From: Algiphilus sp.
Lineage (GTDB): Bacteria > Pseudomonadota > Gammaproteobacteria > Nevskiales > Nevskiaceae
Assembly: GCF_965249985.1 (NCBI RefSeq)
Contig: NZ_OZ252280.1
Length of the DNA: 64,000 bases
Reading direction: 5' to 3' (one strand)
Part shown: piece by piece, positions 1-8,440 of the stretch
Position numbering within the stretch: the stretch's first letter is position 1
How the letters are laid out: the number at the start of each line of letters is the position of its first letter
The notes under the pieces: generated by a model
The model's database searches: none
Seen by the model: only the letters and a program-made list of their open reading frames with translations
Told to the model about the DNA's origin: nothing
Position numbers and translations under genes: made by a program

Positions 1-1831
1 CATCGTGCGCAACAACGAAGTCATCATCATTGATGAATTCACCGGCCGCATGATGGTGGGGCGGCGCTGGTCGGACGGCCTGCACCAGGCGGTGGAAGCC
101 AAGGAGGGCGTGCCGATCCAGCAGGAGAACCAGACGCTGGCCTCGATCACCTTCCAGAATTACTTCCGGCTGTACGAAAAGCTCGCCGGCATGACCGGCA
201 CCGCGGACACCGAGGCCTTCGAGTTCCAGAGCATCTACGGGCTGGAGGTCGTGGTCATTCCCACGCACCGACCCATGGTCCGCGACGATCGTGGCGATCT
301 GGTCTACATCACCGCTCAGGAGAAATTCAACGCGGTGGCGCAGGAGGTCATCGAGGCCCACCAGAAAGGGCAGCCCGTGCTGCTGGGTACGGCCAGCATC
401 GAGACCTCCGAGCTGTTATCCAAGCTGCTCACCCAGGCCTCGGTGCCGCATGAGGTGCTCAACGCCAAGCAGCACGAGCGTGAGGCCGACATCATCGCGC
501 AGGCGGGCCGGCCGGGCGCGGTCACCATCGCCACCAATATGGCGGGCCGCGGCACCGATATCGTGCTCGGTGGCTCGCTCGATGCCGAACTCGCCAAGCT
601 GCCGGAAGAGGACACCGAGGCGCGCACCGCCGCCGAACGTGCCTGGCAGGAGCGTCACGATCAGGTGGTGGAGAACGGCGGTCTGCTCGTGGTCGGTTCG
701 GAGCGGCACGAATCGCGGCGCATCGACAACCAGCTGCGCGGCCGTTCCGGCCGTCAGGGCGACCCGGGCGCCACGCGCTTCTATCTGTCGCTGGATGACA
801 GCCTGATGCGCATTTTCACGCCGCCGCGCATGCGTGCCATGTTGCAGAACATGGGGATGGAGGAAGGCGAAGCCATTGAGCACCGCTGGGTGACGCGCGC
901 CATCGAAACGGCGCAGCGCAAGGTGGAGTCGCACAACTACGACATCCGCAAGCATCTGCTCGACTACGACAACGTCGCCAATGACCAGCGCAAGGTCATC
1001 TATGAGCTGCGCGACAATCTCATCACCGCCGAACAGGTCAGCGAACTGATCGAGAACATCCGCGGCGAGGTGGTCGACAGCGTGATCGATGCCTACATCC
1101 CGCCGCAGAGTGTCGAGAACCTGTGGCAGGTCGAGGGGTTGGAAGACGCCCTCCGCGCCGATTTCGAACTGGACCTGCCGATTCGCAAATGGCTGGACGA
1201 GGAGAAGGAACTCAACGAGGCCGGCCTGCGTGAGCGTATCTCCGAGCGCCTGCTTGCGGCCTACGACGTCAAGCGCGAGCAGGTCGGCGCCGAGGTGTTG
1301 CAGCACTTTGAAAAGGCGGTTGCTCTCAATGTGCTCGATCGGTTGTGGCGTGAGCATCTGGCTTCGATGGACTATCTGCGCCAGGGAATCCATCTGCGCG
1401 GCTATGCGCAGAAGGATCCGAAGCAGGAGTACAAAAAGGAAGCCTTCGCCATGTTCAGCGACATGATCGCGCGCTTTAAGCACGAGGTCATCAGTGTGCT
1501 GGCGCGGGTTCAGGTCAAGAGCGAAGAGGATGTGGCGGCGGTTGAGTCCCAGCGTCGCCAGCCGGAGAATCTGGACTTTCAGCACGCCGAGGCGGAACAG
1601 GTTCCGACCGGAACAGCGCTGCCCGCCGGCGGCGGCCAGCCCGCAGCAGCGCCGGCCGCCGCGCCGGCGGCGCAGGGCACAGGCCGGCGTCTTCCGCTCG
1701 GGGCAGGGGCGCCAGCCCCGGCGGAGAAGCCGGAAACGGTGCGTCGCGACATGGCCAAGGTCGGGCGCAATGAGCCCTGTCCCTGCGGCTCGGGCAAGAA
1801 GTACAAGCACTGCCACGGGCGTATCGAATAG
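1..1831 (+). CDS. secA: Preprotein translocase ATPase SecA, C-terminal ~610 aa (5' end outside window; frame begins at nt 2)
   Basis: ORF 5..1831 contains '[13 protein letters not shown]' and '[23 protein letters not shown]'. It ends with the SecA C-terminal zinc-finger tail '[14 protein letters not shown]'. Confidence 0.95.
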   Translation, partial: IVRNNEVIIIDEFTGRMMVGRRWSDGLHQAVEAKEGVPIQQENQTLASITFQNYFRLYEKLAGMTGTADTEAFEFQSIYGLEVVVIPTHRPMVRDDRGDLVYITAQEKFNAVAQEVIEAHQKGQPVLLGTASIETSELLSKLLTQASVPHEVLNAKQHEREADIIAQAGRPGAVTIATNMAGRGTDIVLGGSLDAELAKLPEEDTEARTAAERAWQERHDQVVENGGLLVVGSERHESRRIDNQLRGRSGRQGDPGATRFYLSLDDSLMRIFTPPRMRAMLQNMGMEEGEAIEHRWVTRAIETAQRKVESHNYDIRKHLLDYDNVANDQRKVIYELRDNLITAEQVSELIENIRGEVVDSVIDAYIPPQSVENLWQVEGLEDALRADFELDLPIRKWLDEEKELNEAGLRERISERLLAAYDVKREQVGAEVLQHFEKAVALNVLDRLWREHLASMDYLRQGIHLRGYAQKDPKQEYKKEAFAMFSDMIARFKHEVISVLARVQVKSEEDVAAVESQRRQPENLDFQHAEAEQVPTGTALPAGGGQPAAAPAAAPAAQGTGRRLPLGAGAPAPAEKPETVRRDMAKVGRNEPCPCGSGKKYKHCHGRIE

Positions 1832-1840
1832 CACCGCGCC

Positions 1841-3055
1841 ATGGCCGTCGATCTTCACGAGCCGGAAGCGCTACTGCCCATCCCCGGTGTGCGCCTCGGC
1901 GTCGGGCGCGCGGGCATCCGCCGCAGTGACCGTGATGACCTGCTGTTGATGGCGCTGGATGCCGGCACCACCGTTGCCGGCCTGTTCACGCGCAACGCCT
2001 TCTGCGCCGCACCCGTGACGCTCTGTCGCCAGCGCCTGGCCGAAAGGACCGCCGTGCGGGGGCTGCTGATCAACAGCGGCAACGCCAACGCCGGTACCGG
2101 CCGCAGCGGCATGGAAGCGGCCCGTCAGTGCGCCACCGCGGCCGAAACCCAGCTGGGCGGCATGGTGCTGCCCTTCTCCACCGGCGTGATCGGCGAACCG
2201 TTGCCGGTCGATCGCATGTGCAGCGCCATTCCGCGTGCGGCGGGGCAATTGCGCAGCGACGCATGGCTGGATGCCGCGCGCGCCATCATGACCACGGATA
2301 CGGTGGCCAAAGGCTGTAGTGAGCGGCTGCAACTCAAGGATGGGCGCGAGATCACCATTACCGGTATTGCCAAGGGGGCCGGCATGATCTGCCCCGACAT
2401 GGCCACCATGCTGGCCTTCATCGCCACCGATGCCCCCATCTCGCGCCGCGACCTCCAGAAGGCGCTGGAGGAGGTCGCAGCTGACAGCTTCAACGCCATC
2501 ACCATTGACGGCGACACCTCCACCAACGACAGCCTAATCCTGGCAGCCACCGGCGCTGCAGGCGGCGTGGCGCTGGTCGAAGGGCAGGCAGCGCACAGGC
2601 AGTTCCTGCAGGCGCTGCAGCGCGTATGCGACCACCTCGCCCAGGCTGTCGTGCGCGACGGCGAGGGCGCCACACGGTTCATCACCATTGCTGTGGAAGG
2701 TGCCACCCATCGCGACGAGGCCCGTGCGGTCGGCTACACCCTGGCGCATTCACCCCTGTTCAAGACGGCGGCCTTCGCCGGCGATCCGAACTGGGGCCGC
2801 ATCCTGGCCGCCGTGGGGCGTGCGCCGGTGGAGGATTTCGACCTGTCGCGGGTCGATATCCGCATCGACGAAGTGGCGCTGATCGAGCAGGGTGAACCGC
2901 ACCCCGACTATCGCGAGGCGGCCGGCGCCGCTGTGTTCGCGCGGCCGGAATTCACGGTCCACGTTGCGCTTGGTCGTGGCAGGCAGGCGGCGCGGGTGTA
3001 CACCTGCGACCTGTCCTACGACTACGTTCGTATCAACGCCGAATACCGCAGCTAG
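1841..3055 (+). CDS. argJ: Bifunctional ornithine acetyltransferase / N-acetylglutamate synthase ArgJ
   Basis: 404 aa. It carries the autoprocessing-site context 'ICPDMATMLAFIATDA' and 'DGDTSTNDS'. It follows secA as in many gammaproteobacteria. Confidence 0.93.
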   Translation: MAVDLHEPEALLPIPGVRLGVGRAGIRRSDRDDLLLMALDAGTTVAGLFTRNAFCAAPVTLCRQRLAERTAVRGLLINSGNANAGTGRSGMEAARQCATAAETQLGGMVLPFSTGVIGEPLPVDRMCSAIPRAAGQLRSDAWLDAARAIMTTDTVAKGCSERLQLKDGREITITGIAKGAGMICPDMATMLAFIATDAPISRRDLQKALEEVAADSFNAITIDGDTSTNDSLILAATGAAGGVALVEGQAAHRQFLQALQRVCDHLAQAVVRDGEGATRFITIAVEGATHRDEARAVGYTLAHSPLFKTAAFAGDPNWGRILAAVGRAPVEDFDLSRVDIRIDEVALIEQGEPHPDYREAAGAAVFARPEFTVHVALGRGRQAARVYTCDLSYDYVRINAEYRS

Positions 3056-3978
3056 TGAGGGACAAACGGGTACGGGTGGCGGTGGCCGCCATGCGCGACG
3101 CTTCCGGCGCCGTGCTGCTCAGCCAGCGCCCAGCGCACAAGAGCTACCCCGGTCAGTGGGAGTTCCCGGGCGGCAAGATCGAGCCGGGGGAATCGGTCGA
3201 CCAGGCTTTGCGGCGTGAGTTGGCGGAGGAACTCGGCATTGAGGTGGTCGACGCCAGGCCGCTGATTCGCGTGCGCCACGACTATCCGGAGCTGGCCGTC
3301 TGTCTGGATGTCCGCGAAGTCTTGCAGTGGTCCGGCACGCCGACGGGCGTCGAGGGCCAGACGCTCGCGTGGGTCGCCACCGAGGCGCTGCCGGATTGGC
3401 CGCTGCTGGCCGCGGATGCGCCTATCGTGCGTGCGTTGCAGCTGCCAATGCACTATGCCTTCAGCCCCGAGGATGCGGGTAGCCAACGCGTACTGGATGG
3501 GCTGGCGCGTCTGCCGCAGGACGCGCTGCTGCGCTTGCGCTTGCCGGCGCTGGGTGATTCCGAATACCGGGATTTGGCAGAGGCGGTGTGTGACCTGCGC
3601 GGCACGGCGCGGCTTGCGGTCGACCGCGATCCCGGGCTGGCGCAGCATCTCGGATGCTGGTGGCACGTCAATGGCCGCACGCTCGAGCGCTATGCAGCCA
3701 ATCGCGCGCGACTGCCGCAGGGCAGTATCACGTCGGTGCACGACGCTGCGGCCTTACGCTCGGCGCATGATCTGGGCGCGGCGGCCGCGGTGCTTGGTCC
3801 CGTGCAGCAGACCGCCAGCCACCCCGGCGCGGCGGCCATCGGTTGGTCCGCCTTCCAGGCACTGGTCGATGCGGCAGGGCTGCCGGTCTACGCCATCGGC
3901 GGCATGACACCGCGCGATGCCAGGCGGGCGCGCGATGCCGGCGGCCAGGGCGTGGCGGGTATCCGCGCCTTCTGGTGA
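3055..3978 (+). CDS. Nudix (MutT-like) hydrolase fused to a TenI/ThiE-like domain
   Basis: The GTG start overlaps the argJ stop by 1 nt. There is a Nudix box 'GQWEFPGGKIEPGESVDQALRRELAEELGI'. The C-terminal half ends 'VYAIGGMTPRDARRARDAGGQGVAGIRAFW', typical of the thiamine-phosphate-synthase/TenI fold. Confidence 0.8.
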   Translation: MRDKRVRVAVAAMRDASGAVLLSQRPAHKSYPGQWEFPGGKIEPGESVDQALRRELAEELGIEVVDARPLIRVRHDYPELAVCLDVREVLQWSGTPTGVEGQTLAWVATEALPDWPLLAADAPIVRALQLPMHYAFSPEDAGSQRVLDGLARLPQDALLRLRLPALGDSEYRDLAEAVCDLRGTARLAVDRDPGLAQHLGCWWHVNGRTLERYAANRARLPQGSITSVHDAAALRSAHDLGAAAAVLGPVQQTASHPGAAAIGWSAFQALVDAAGLPVYAIGGMTPRDARRARDAGGQGVAGIRAFW

Positions 3979-4087
3979 GCGCCACCCTCGGCCTGGGCCG
4001 GGCGGCGGGCTGCTGAAAAACAACGAATGCGGCTGCCGGGCAGAGTCGCTAACGTGACGGTGTTAATTGCCTCTATGGAACATCCGC

Positions 4088-6001
4088 ATGGATGGCTTCA
4101 GCAAGCCGGTGCACGACACCGTCATCCGCAACGCGCTGGTCTTCGACGGCAGCGGGGGGCCACCCTGCCAGCAGGACGTGGCCATCCGCGACGGACGCAT
4201 TGTCGACATCGGGCAGCAGCTTGGCGCAGGACGCGAAGAAGTCGATGCCGCCGGGCAATGGCTGCTGCCCGGACTGCTGGACATCCACACGCATTTCGAT
4301 CTTGAAGTAGAGCTGGCGCCGGGGCTGCCCGAAGCGGTCCGCCATGGCACTACCACGGCCATCATGTCGAACTGTTCGCTGGGCTTGGCCTACGGCAATC
4401 AACGCCGCGATGGTGCGGACCCGATCGTCGATTGTTTTGCCCGTGTCGAGAACGTGCCCAAGCACACCCTGGCCAAGGTGGCTGAGGCAGTGCATTGGCG
4501 CGATTCGGCGTCGTATCTCCAGCATTTCGATGATCTCGCTCTCGGTCCGAACGTGGCGGCGATGATTCCGCATTCCATGCTGCGTATCGAAGTGATGGGC
4601 TTGCGCGACTCCATTTCGCGCGATCCCACCGAGGACGAGTTACAGCGCATGGAGGCCTTGCTTGAGAAGGGGATGCAGGAGGGCTACATCGGTTTCTCCA
4701 CCGATGGGCTGCCGTTCCACTACCTGGCCAATCAGCCCAACGTCCGCAAGCAGATCCCAACCCAGTTCGCGCCTTACGCCGAACTCAAGCGCTTGACCGC
4801 CATCGTGCGTCGCTGGGGGCGGGTCTGGCAGGCGACGCCGCCCAAGGACAATACTTTCGCGGTCTTCCGCAATTTTCTGTTGACCTCGGGTCGGTTGTTT
4901 GGCCGGCCATTGAAGGTGACGGCGGTGGCCGCCATCGATCTGGCCACCAATCGCTCCATCGTGCGCCTGGGCCTCCTGCTGTCGCGTCTGCTCAATCTTC
5001 GGCTGTTGAAAGGGCAGTTCCGCCTGCAGGCGCTGCCGGCGCGCTTCAAGATCTGGAGCGACGGCGTGATTACTCCAATCGCGGAGGAAATCCCGGAATT
5101 GCGTCGGCTCAACGAATGCGACCTGGAGGACCGGGTCAGCCGCCGCCGCATCCTTGACGATCCGGATTATGTCCGGGCCTTCCGCGCGATGTGGTACCAC
5201 GGTCGGCGCGGCTGGAGTGTGGCGCGGCTCAAACATTGGCTGCGCCTTGATGACAATGTGCTGTCACGCGATCTCTCCGATATGACCATCGACGAGAGCC
5301 CGGTGGCGGAATGGCAGGGCGAGAGCATGCAGCAAGTGCGTAACGCCCTGTTGCGATGGCAGGAGCGTGGCGAGGGCGCGCGCAGCAGCGCCGAGGCGGA
5401 GGCCTTCCGCAGCTTCCCGCCCCAGCCGGATGCGGCGGATTTCTTCCTGCATCTGCTGCGGCGTTTCGATACCGATCTGCGCTGGTGGACCGTGTCGGCC
5501 AATCGCGATCTCGCCATGGTCGAGAAGCTGGCATTCCATCCCCGCCTGTTGCCCGGGTTCAATGACAGCGGCGCGCATTTGACCAACATGGCCTTCTATG
5601 ACGGCAATCTGCGTATGCTCAAGATGGCGCAAAGGAAGGGCTTGGCGCGCGTCTCCCATGCTGTCCATCGTTTGACGCGCGAGCCGGCCGAATTCTTCGG
5701 GATCGATGCGGGATGCCTGGATGTAGGCGCTCGCGCCGATCTGGTGTTGATCGACCCCCATGCGCTGTCGCGTTGGGAGCCCGAGGCGACGGTCGAATAC
5801 GTGTGGCGTGATGCCTTCGCCCATCGCCAGCTTGTCAACCGGCCGGTTGGCGTCGTGCGCCGCGTATTCATCAACGGCCACTGTGCCTTTGTTGACGGGC
5901 ATTACACGCCGGACCACGGCAAGGTGCGCATGGGCCGGCTCCTGCGCAGCCACGATCACGAGCAGCGCGCGGTGTCTCGCGCTGCGGCATGCGCGGCCTA
6001 A
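4088..6001 (+). CDS. Amidohydrolase, N-acyl-D-amino-acid deacylase (D-aminoacylase) family
   Basis: N-terminus reads 'IRNALVFDGSGGPP...DVAIRDGRIVDIG' followed by the metal-binding 'LPGLLDIHTHFD'. The track ORF begins at TTG 4067. I prefer the in-frame ATG at 4088, but the start is uncertain. Confidence 0.75.
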   Translation: MDGFSKPVHDTVIRNALVFDGSGGPPCQQDVAIRDGRIVDIGQQLGAGREEVDAAGQWLLPGLLDIHTHFDLEVELAPGLPEAVRHGTTTAIMSNCSLGLAYGNQRRDGADPIVDCFARVENVPKHTLAKVAEAVHWRDSASYLQHFDDLALGPNVAAMIPHSMLRIEVMGLRDSISRDPTEDELQRMEALLEKGMQEGYIGFSTDGLPFHYLANQPNVRKQIPTQFAPYAELKRLTAIVRRWGRVWQATPPKDNTFAVFRNFLLTSGRLFGRPLKVTAVAAIDLATNRSIVRLGLLLSRLLNLRLLKGQFRLQALPARFKIWSDGVITPIAEEIPELRRLNECDLEDRVSRRRILDDPDYVRAFRAMWYHGRRGWSVARLKHWLRLDDNVLSRDLSDMTIDESPVAEWQGESMQQVRNALLRWQERGEGARSSAEAEAFRSFPPQPDAADFFLHLLRRFDTDLRWWTVSANRDLAMVEKLAFHPRLLPGFNDSGAHLTNMAFYDGNLRMLKMAQRKGLARVSHAVHRLTREPAEFFGIDAGCLDVGARADLVLIDPHALSRWEPEATVEYVWRDAFAHRQLVNRPVGVVRRVFINGHCAFVDGHYTPDHGKVRMGRLLRSHDHEQRAVSRAAACAA

Positions 6002-6268
6002 GGCCGGCTACAGGGGTGTTTCCCGCCATGCGCTAGCACATTCGATCCGGGCCGCTGCTCTTTCGGCCCCCATTCTGCACGGCATCCGTCGTGCTGCGGC
6101 TTTGTGACAATTCGATGTCATCGCCGCTCTGTGCATCGCACCGACGTGCGATTCCGTTACACTGCGCCCGACTGCGGAGAACCGCAATCGATGGGTGCGC
6201 GCGTCCCCGACTGGATCAGCGGACGCGGCCTCGCAGCGAATGGATTCCTATACAGGGAGGGAAATCGA

Positions 6269-7333
6269 ATGTCGACGAAGAAATGGGCCCTTGGGCTCGC
6301 AGTAAGTGGTGCGCTGATCGCTGGTAACGCGGTGGCGCAGGAAGAAGAAAGCACGACAAGCAGCTACTTCTCCTTCCTTGGCAGCTACTCCATGATGGAT
6401 GAAGACCGTACTCCGCTCGAAAAGGGCGAAGAAGGCTACGGCTTCCAGGCGATGTACGGCACCCAGTACGGCTCGGGCTTCGGCTGGGCGATCGGCCTCG
6501 GGTCGCAGATTATCGAGACCGACATCGACTCCTTCACCGACTTCTACCGCCACAATGTGGAGCTCCAGGGCACCTATGCGCTGGGTGACCGCACCGGCTT
6601 CACGCCTTACGCGCTGATCGGTATCGGCGGCAACTACAACGACGTGCGCGACGTGGAAGAAGGCGACAGCTTCGACCCCTACGGCACCGCAGGCCTCGGT
6701 GTGGTGACCGGCCCGTTGACCGAGCGCGGCGAGCTCAAGCTGCGCGCCGAAGTGCGCTATGTCTACGACACCTACTCCGAGGAGTATCAGGACTACACCG
6801 CCCTGGTCGGTATTGAACTGCCGCTGTTCAAGCGCGTGGTCAACATGCCGCCCCCGCCCGCACCCGAGAAGGAAGTGCAGGTGGTCGAGGCCGAGCTGGA
6901 AGACTCTGACGGTGACGGCATCCCGGATCAGGCAGACAAGTGCCCCGGCACCCCGGCCGGCACGCGCGTCGATGGCGAAGGCTGTGCCCTGTCGGACGTC
7001 ATCAACCTGTTTGGCGTGCTCTTCGCGTTTGATTCTGCGGACCTGAACGCCAACGCGCGTCGTCTGCTGAACCCGGTGGTTGGCCTGTTCAACCGCTATC
7101 CCGACCTGGAAGTGGAAGTTGCCGGTCACACCGACAGCGTCGGCCCGGATGACTACAACCAGCAGCTCTCGCAGGCGCGCGCCGAATCGGTCCGCGAGTA
7201 CCTGGTCGACCACGGCGTACCGCCGGAGCAGGTGACGGCGCAGGGCTACGGTGAAAGCGAGCCGGTGGCGACCAACGATACGGAAGAAGGCCGGCAGGAG
7301 AACCGCCGCGTCGAGATCCGCATCCTGAACTGA
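6269..7333 (+). CDS. OmpA-family outer membrane protein (beta-barrel + Pro-rich linker + thrombospondin type-3 repeat + OmpA C-terminal domain; MopB-like architecture)
   Basis: SD 'AGGGAGGG' precedes ATG 6269. Signal peptide 'MSTKKWALGLAVSGALIAGNAVAQ'. Pro-rich linker 'PPPPAPEKE'. TSP3 repeat 'DSDGDGIPDQADKCPGTPAGTRVDGEGC'. OmpA domain 'VAGHTDSVGPDDYNQQLSQARAESV...NRRVEIRI'. The track ORF start at 6104 is an upstream extension without a signal peptide. Confidence 0.88.
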   Translation: MSTKKWALGLAVSGALIAGNAVAQEEESTTSSYFSFLGSYSMMDEDRTPLEKGEEGYGFQAMYGTQYGSGFGWAIGLGSQIIETDIDSFTDFYRHNVELQGTYALGDRTGFTPYALIGIGGNYNDVRDVEEGDSFDPYGTAGLGVVTGPLTERGELKLRAEVRYVYDTYSEEYQDYTALVGIELPLFKRVVNMPPPPAPEKEVQVVEAELEDSDGDGIPDQADKCPGTPAGTRVDGEGCALSDVINLFGVLFAFDSADLNANARRLLNPVVGLFNRYPDLEVEVAGHTDSVGPDDYNQQLSQARAESVREYLVDHGVPPEQVTAQGYGESEPVATNDTEEGRQENRRVEIRILN

Positions 7334-7528
7334 GTTTCATTTTGATTGATTGGCAAACACGGAGGTAGCCATGCGTACTTCGCATTTCTTCGCTGTGGGT
7401 GCTCTGGCGTTTGCCGGCCTCCTGGCCGGCTGCGCACAGGGCGGAGACGACACCCAGGGTGTCTCGGGCCGGGAACCCCCGGTAATGGGGGCGGTGGCGG
7501 GGTCGGTGGCCCCGGCGATGTCGCCAAT

Positions 7529-7915
7529 TGTTCGGTGCCGCTGGGGGGCGTATGCGTCCTCGCCGGTAGCGAAGGCAGTGATGGGCTGGTCGATGACCTG
7601 CTGCGTGAGGGCGGTGCCCTCGCCCCGATCGCGGACAACATCAACACCGCGGATCTGGAGAACGCGCTGCAGACCTTGCTGGCAAGCGACGGTGATCTGC
7701 AGAGCCTGGTGTCCAACCTGCTGATGGAAGGGCAGTTGCAGGCGGGTTTGACCGAACTGCTCACCGGTGGTGAAGATGGCGAGGGTGGTCTGGCCGATAT
7801 TCTTTCCGATCTGCTGATCGGCACTGAGGAAGGTCAGGGCCTGGCCGCGCTGCTCGGCGAGAACGGCGTGCAGGGTCTGATCACCGCCCTGCTGGTCGAG
7901 CCGACCGATCCCGAC
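7529..7915 (+). repeat. Protein-level repeat 1 of the acidic lipoprotein (starts 'CSVPLGGVC')
   Basis: My manual alignment to repeat 2 gives roughly half identical positions over the first ~80 residues. Shared motifs are C-x-VPLG-xx-C, 'GLVD.L', 'GALA.I.DN', 'SDG.LQ.LV', 'GQL..GL..LL.G'. Confidence 0.7.
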
Positions 7916-8269
7916 TGCCAGGTGCCGCTGGGCACCCTCTGCCTGATCACCGGCGATGGCAATCAGCAGGGCCTGGTCGATGTGTTGATCACCGAGGATG
8001 GCGCGCTCGCGCAGATCAGTGACAACCTGTCGCAGGATGAGTTGGTCGCCATTCTGGCCAACACGCTGGAAAGCGACGGCAGCCTGCAGGATCTGGTGAC
8101 TGGGCTGATTCAGGACGGCCAGCTTGCTGAAGGTCTGCAAGCATTGCTCATTGGCGATCCGGATGCGGGCGTCCCGAGTGGCCTCGTGCAAGCGCTGCAA
8201 GGCCTGTTGAATCCAGATCTGGTTACGGATCTTGTGGATTTCCTCGCCGGCCTATTGGGTCAGCAAGTC
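7916..8269 (+). repeat. Protein-level repeat 2 of the acidic lipoprotein (starts 'CQVPLGTLC')
   Basis: See repeat 1. It is in the same frame and directly adjacent to repeat 1. Confidence 0.7.
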
Positions 8270-8330
8270 TAGGAAGCGTCGATCGCCATGGAATGGCGAC
8301 ACCCGGTGTGATCGGGAATAGTGTGCAAGA

Positions 8331-8358
8331 GGGCCCGCCTTTGGCGGGCCCTTTTTTG
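8331..8358 (+). terminator. Rho-independent terminator after the OmpA/acidic-lipoprotein unit
   Basis: Perfect 9-bp stem GGGCCCGCC / GGCGGGCCC with a 3-nt loop, followed by TTTTTT. Confidence 0.75.
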
Positions 8359-8440
8359 TGCGTTTTTGCCACTGCTGGATGTCGCGCCATACGGTACAGT
8401 ATGTGCCCCCACGCACCCTTCCCCATAAGAGGAACGCCCG

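Larger units (their letters stand above)
7371..8272 (+). pseudogene. Acidic two-repeat lipoprotein, disrupted by (or requiring) a -1 frame change between signal peptide and mature body
   Basis: SD GGAGG (7361-7365) and ATG 7371 open a lipoprotein signal peptide 'MRTSHFFAVGALAFAGLLAGC' (lipobox Cys codon 7431-7433) in the frame of ORF 7350..7724. The only protein-like continuation is in the frame of ORF 7346..8272: a Gly linker, then two homologous Asp/Glu/Leu/Gly-rich repeats. The switch must occur in the G/C runs around 7461-7500. A terminator follows at 8331-8358. Confidence 0.6.

Noticed and set aside
1600-1720. Low-complexity GC-rich repeat (encodes '[17 protein letters not shown]') that might be a tandem DNA repeat or VNTR
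   Set aside because: It lies within the variable linker that precedes the SecA zinc-finger tail, in frame, and is only a short imperfect Ala/Pro repeat. This is ordinary for SecA C-terminal linkers.
416-1858. 480-aa ORF antisense to secA. The same applies to other long antisense or alternative-frame ORFs: 7337..8200(-), 19997..21031(+), 26790..28343(-), 29884..31653(-), 35242..36522(+), 38560..39963(+), 42084..44270(-), 53348..55177(-), 60260..62029(-).
   Set aside because: Each lies opposite or out of frame to a gene with unmistakable family motifs. Their translations are Arg/Ala/Gly/Pro/His-rich with no recognisable domains. Long stop-free antisense frames are expected in GC-rich DNA.
6095-6125. 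CRP-like half site 'TGTGACAATTCGATGTCAT' upstream of the OmpA-family gene
   Set aside because: Only the left half (TGTGA) matches. The right half (GATGT/TGTCA) is out of register with TGTGA-N6-TCACA.
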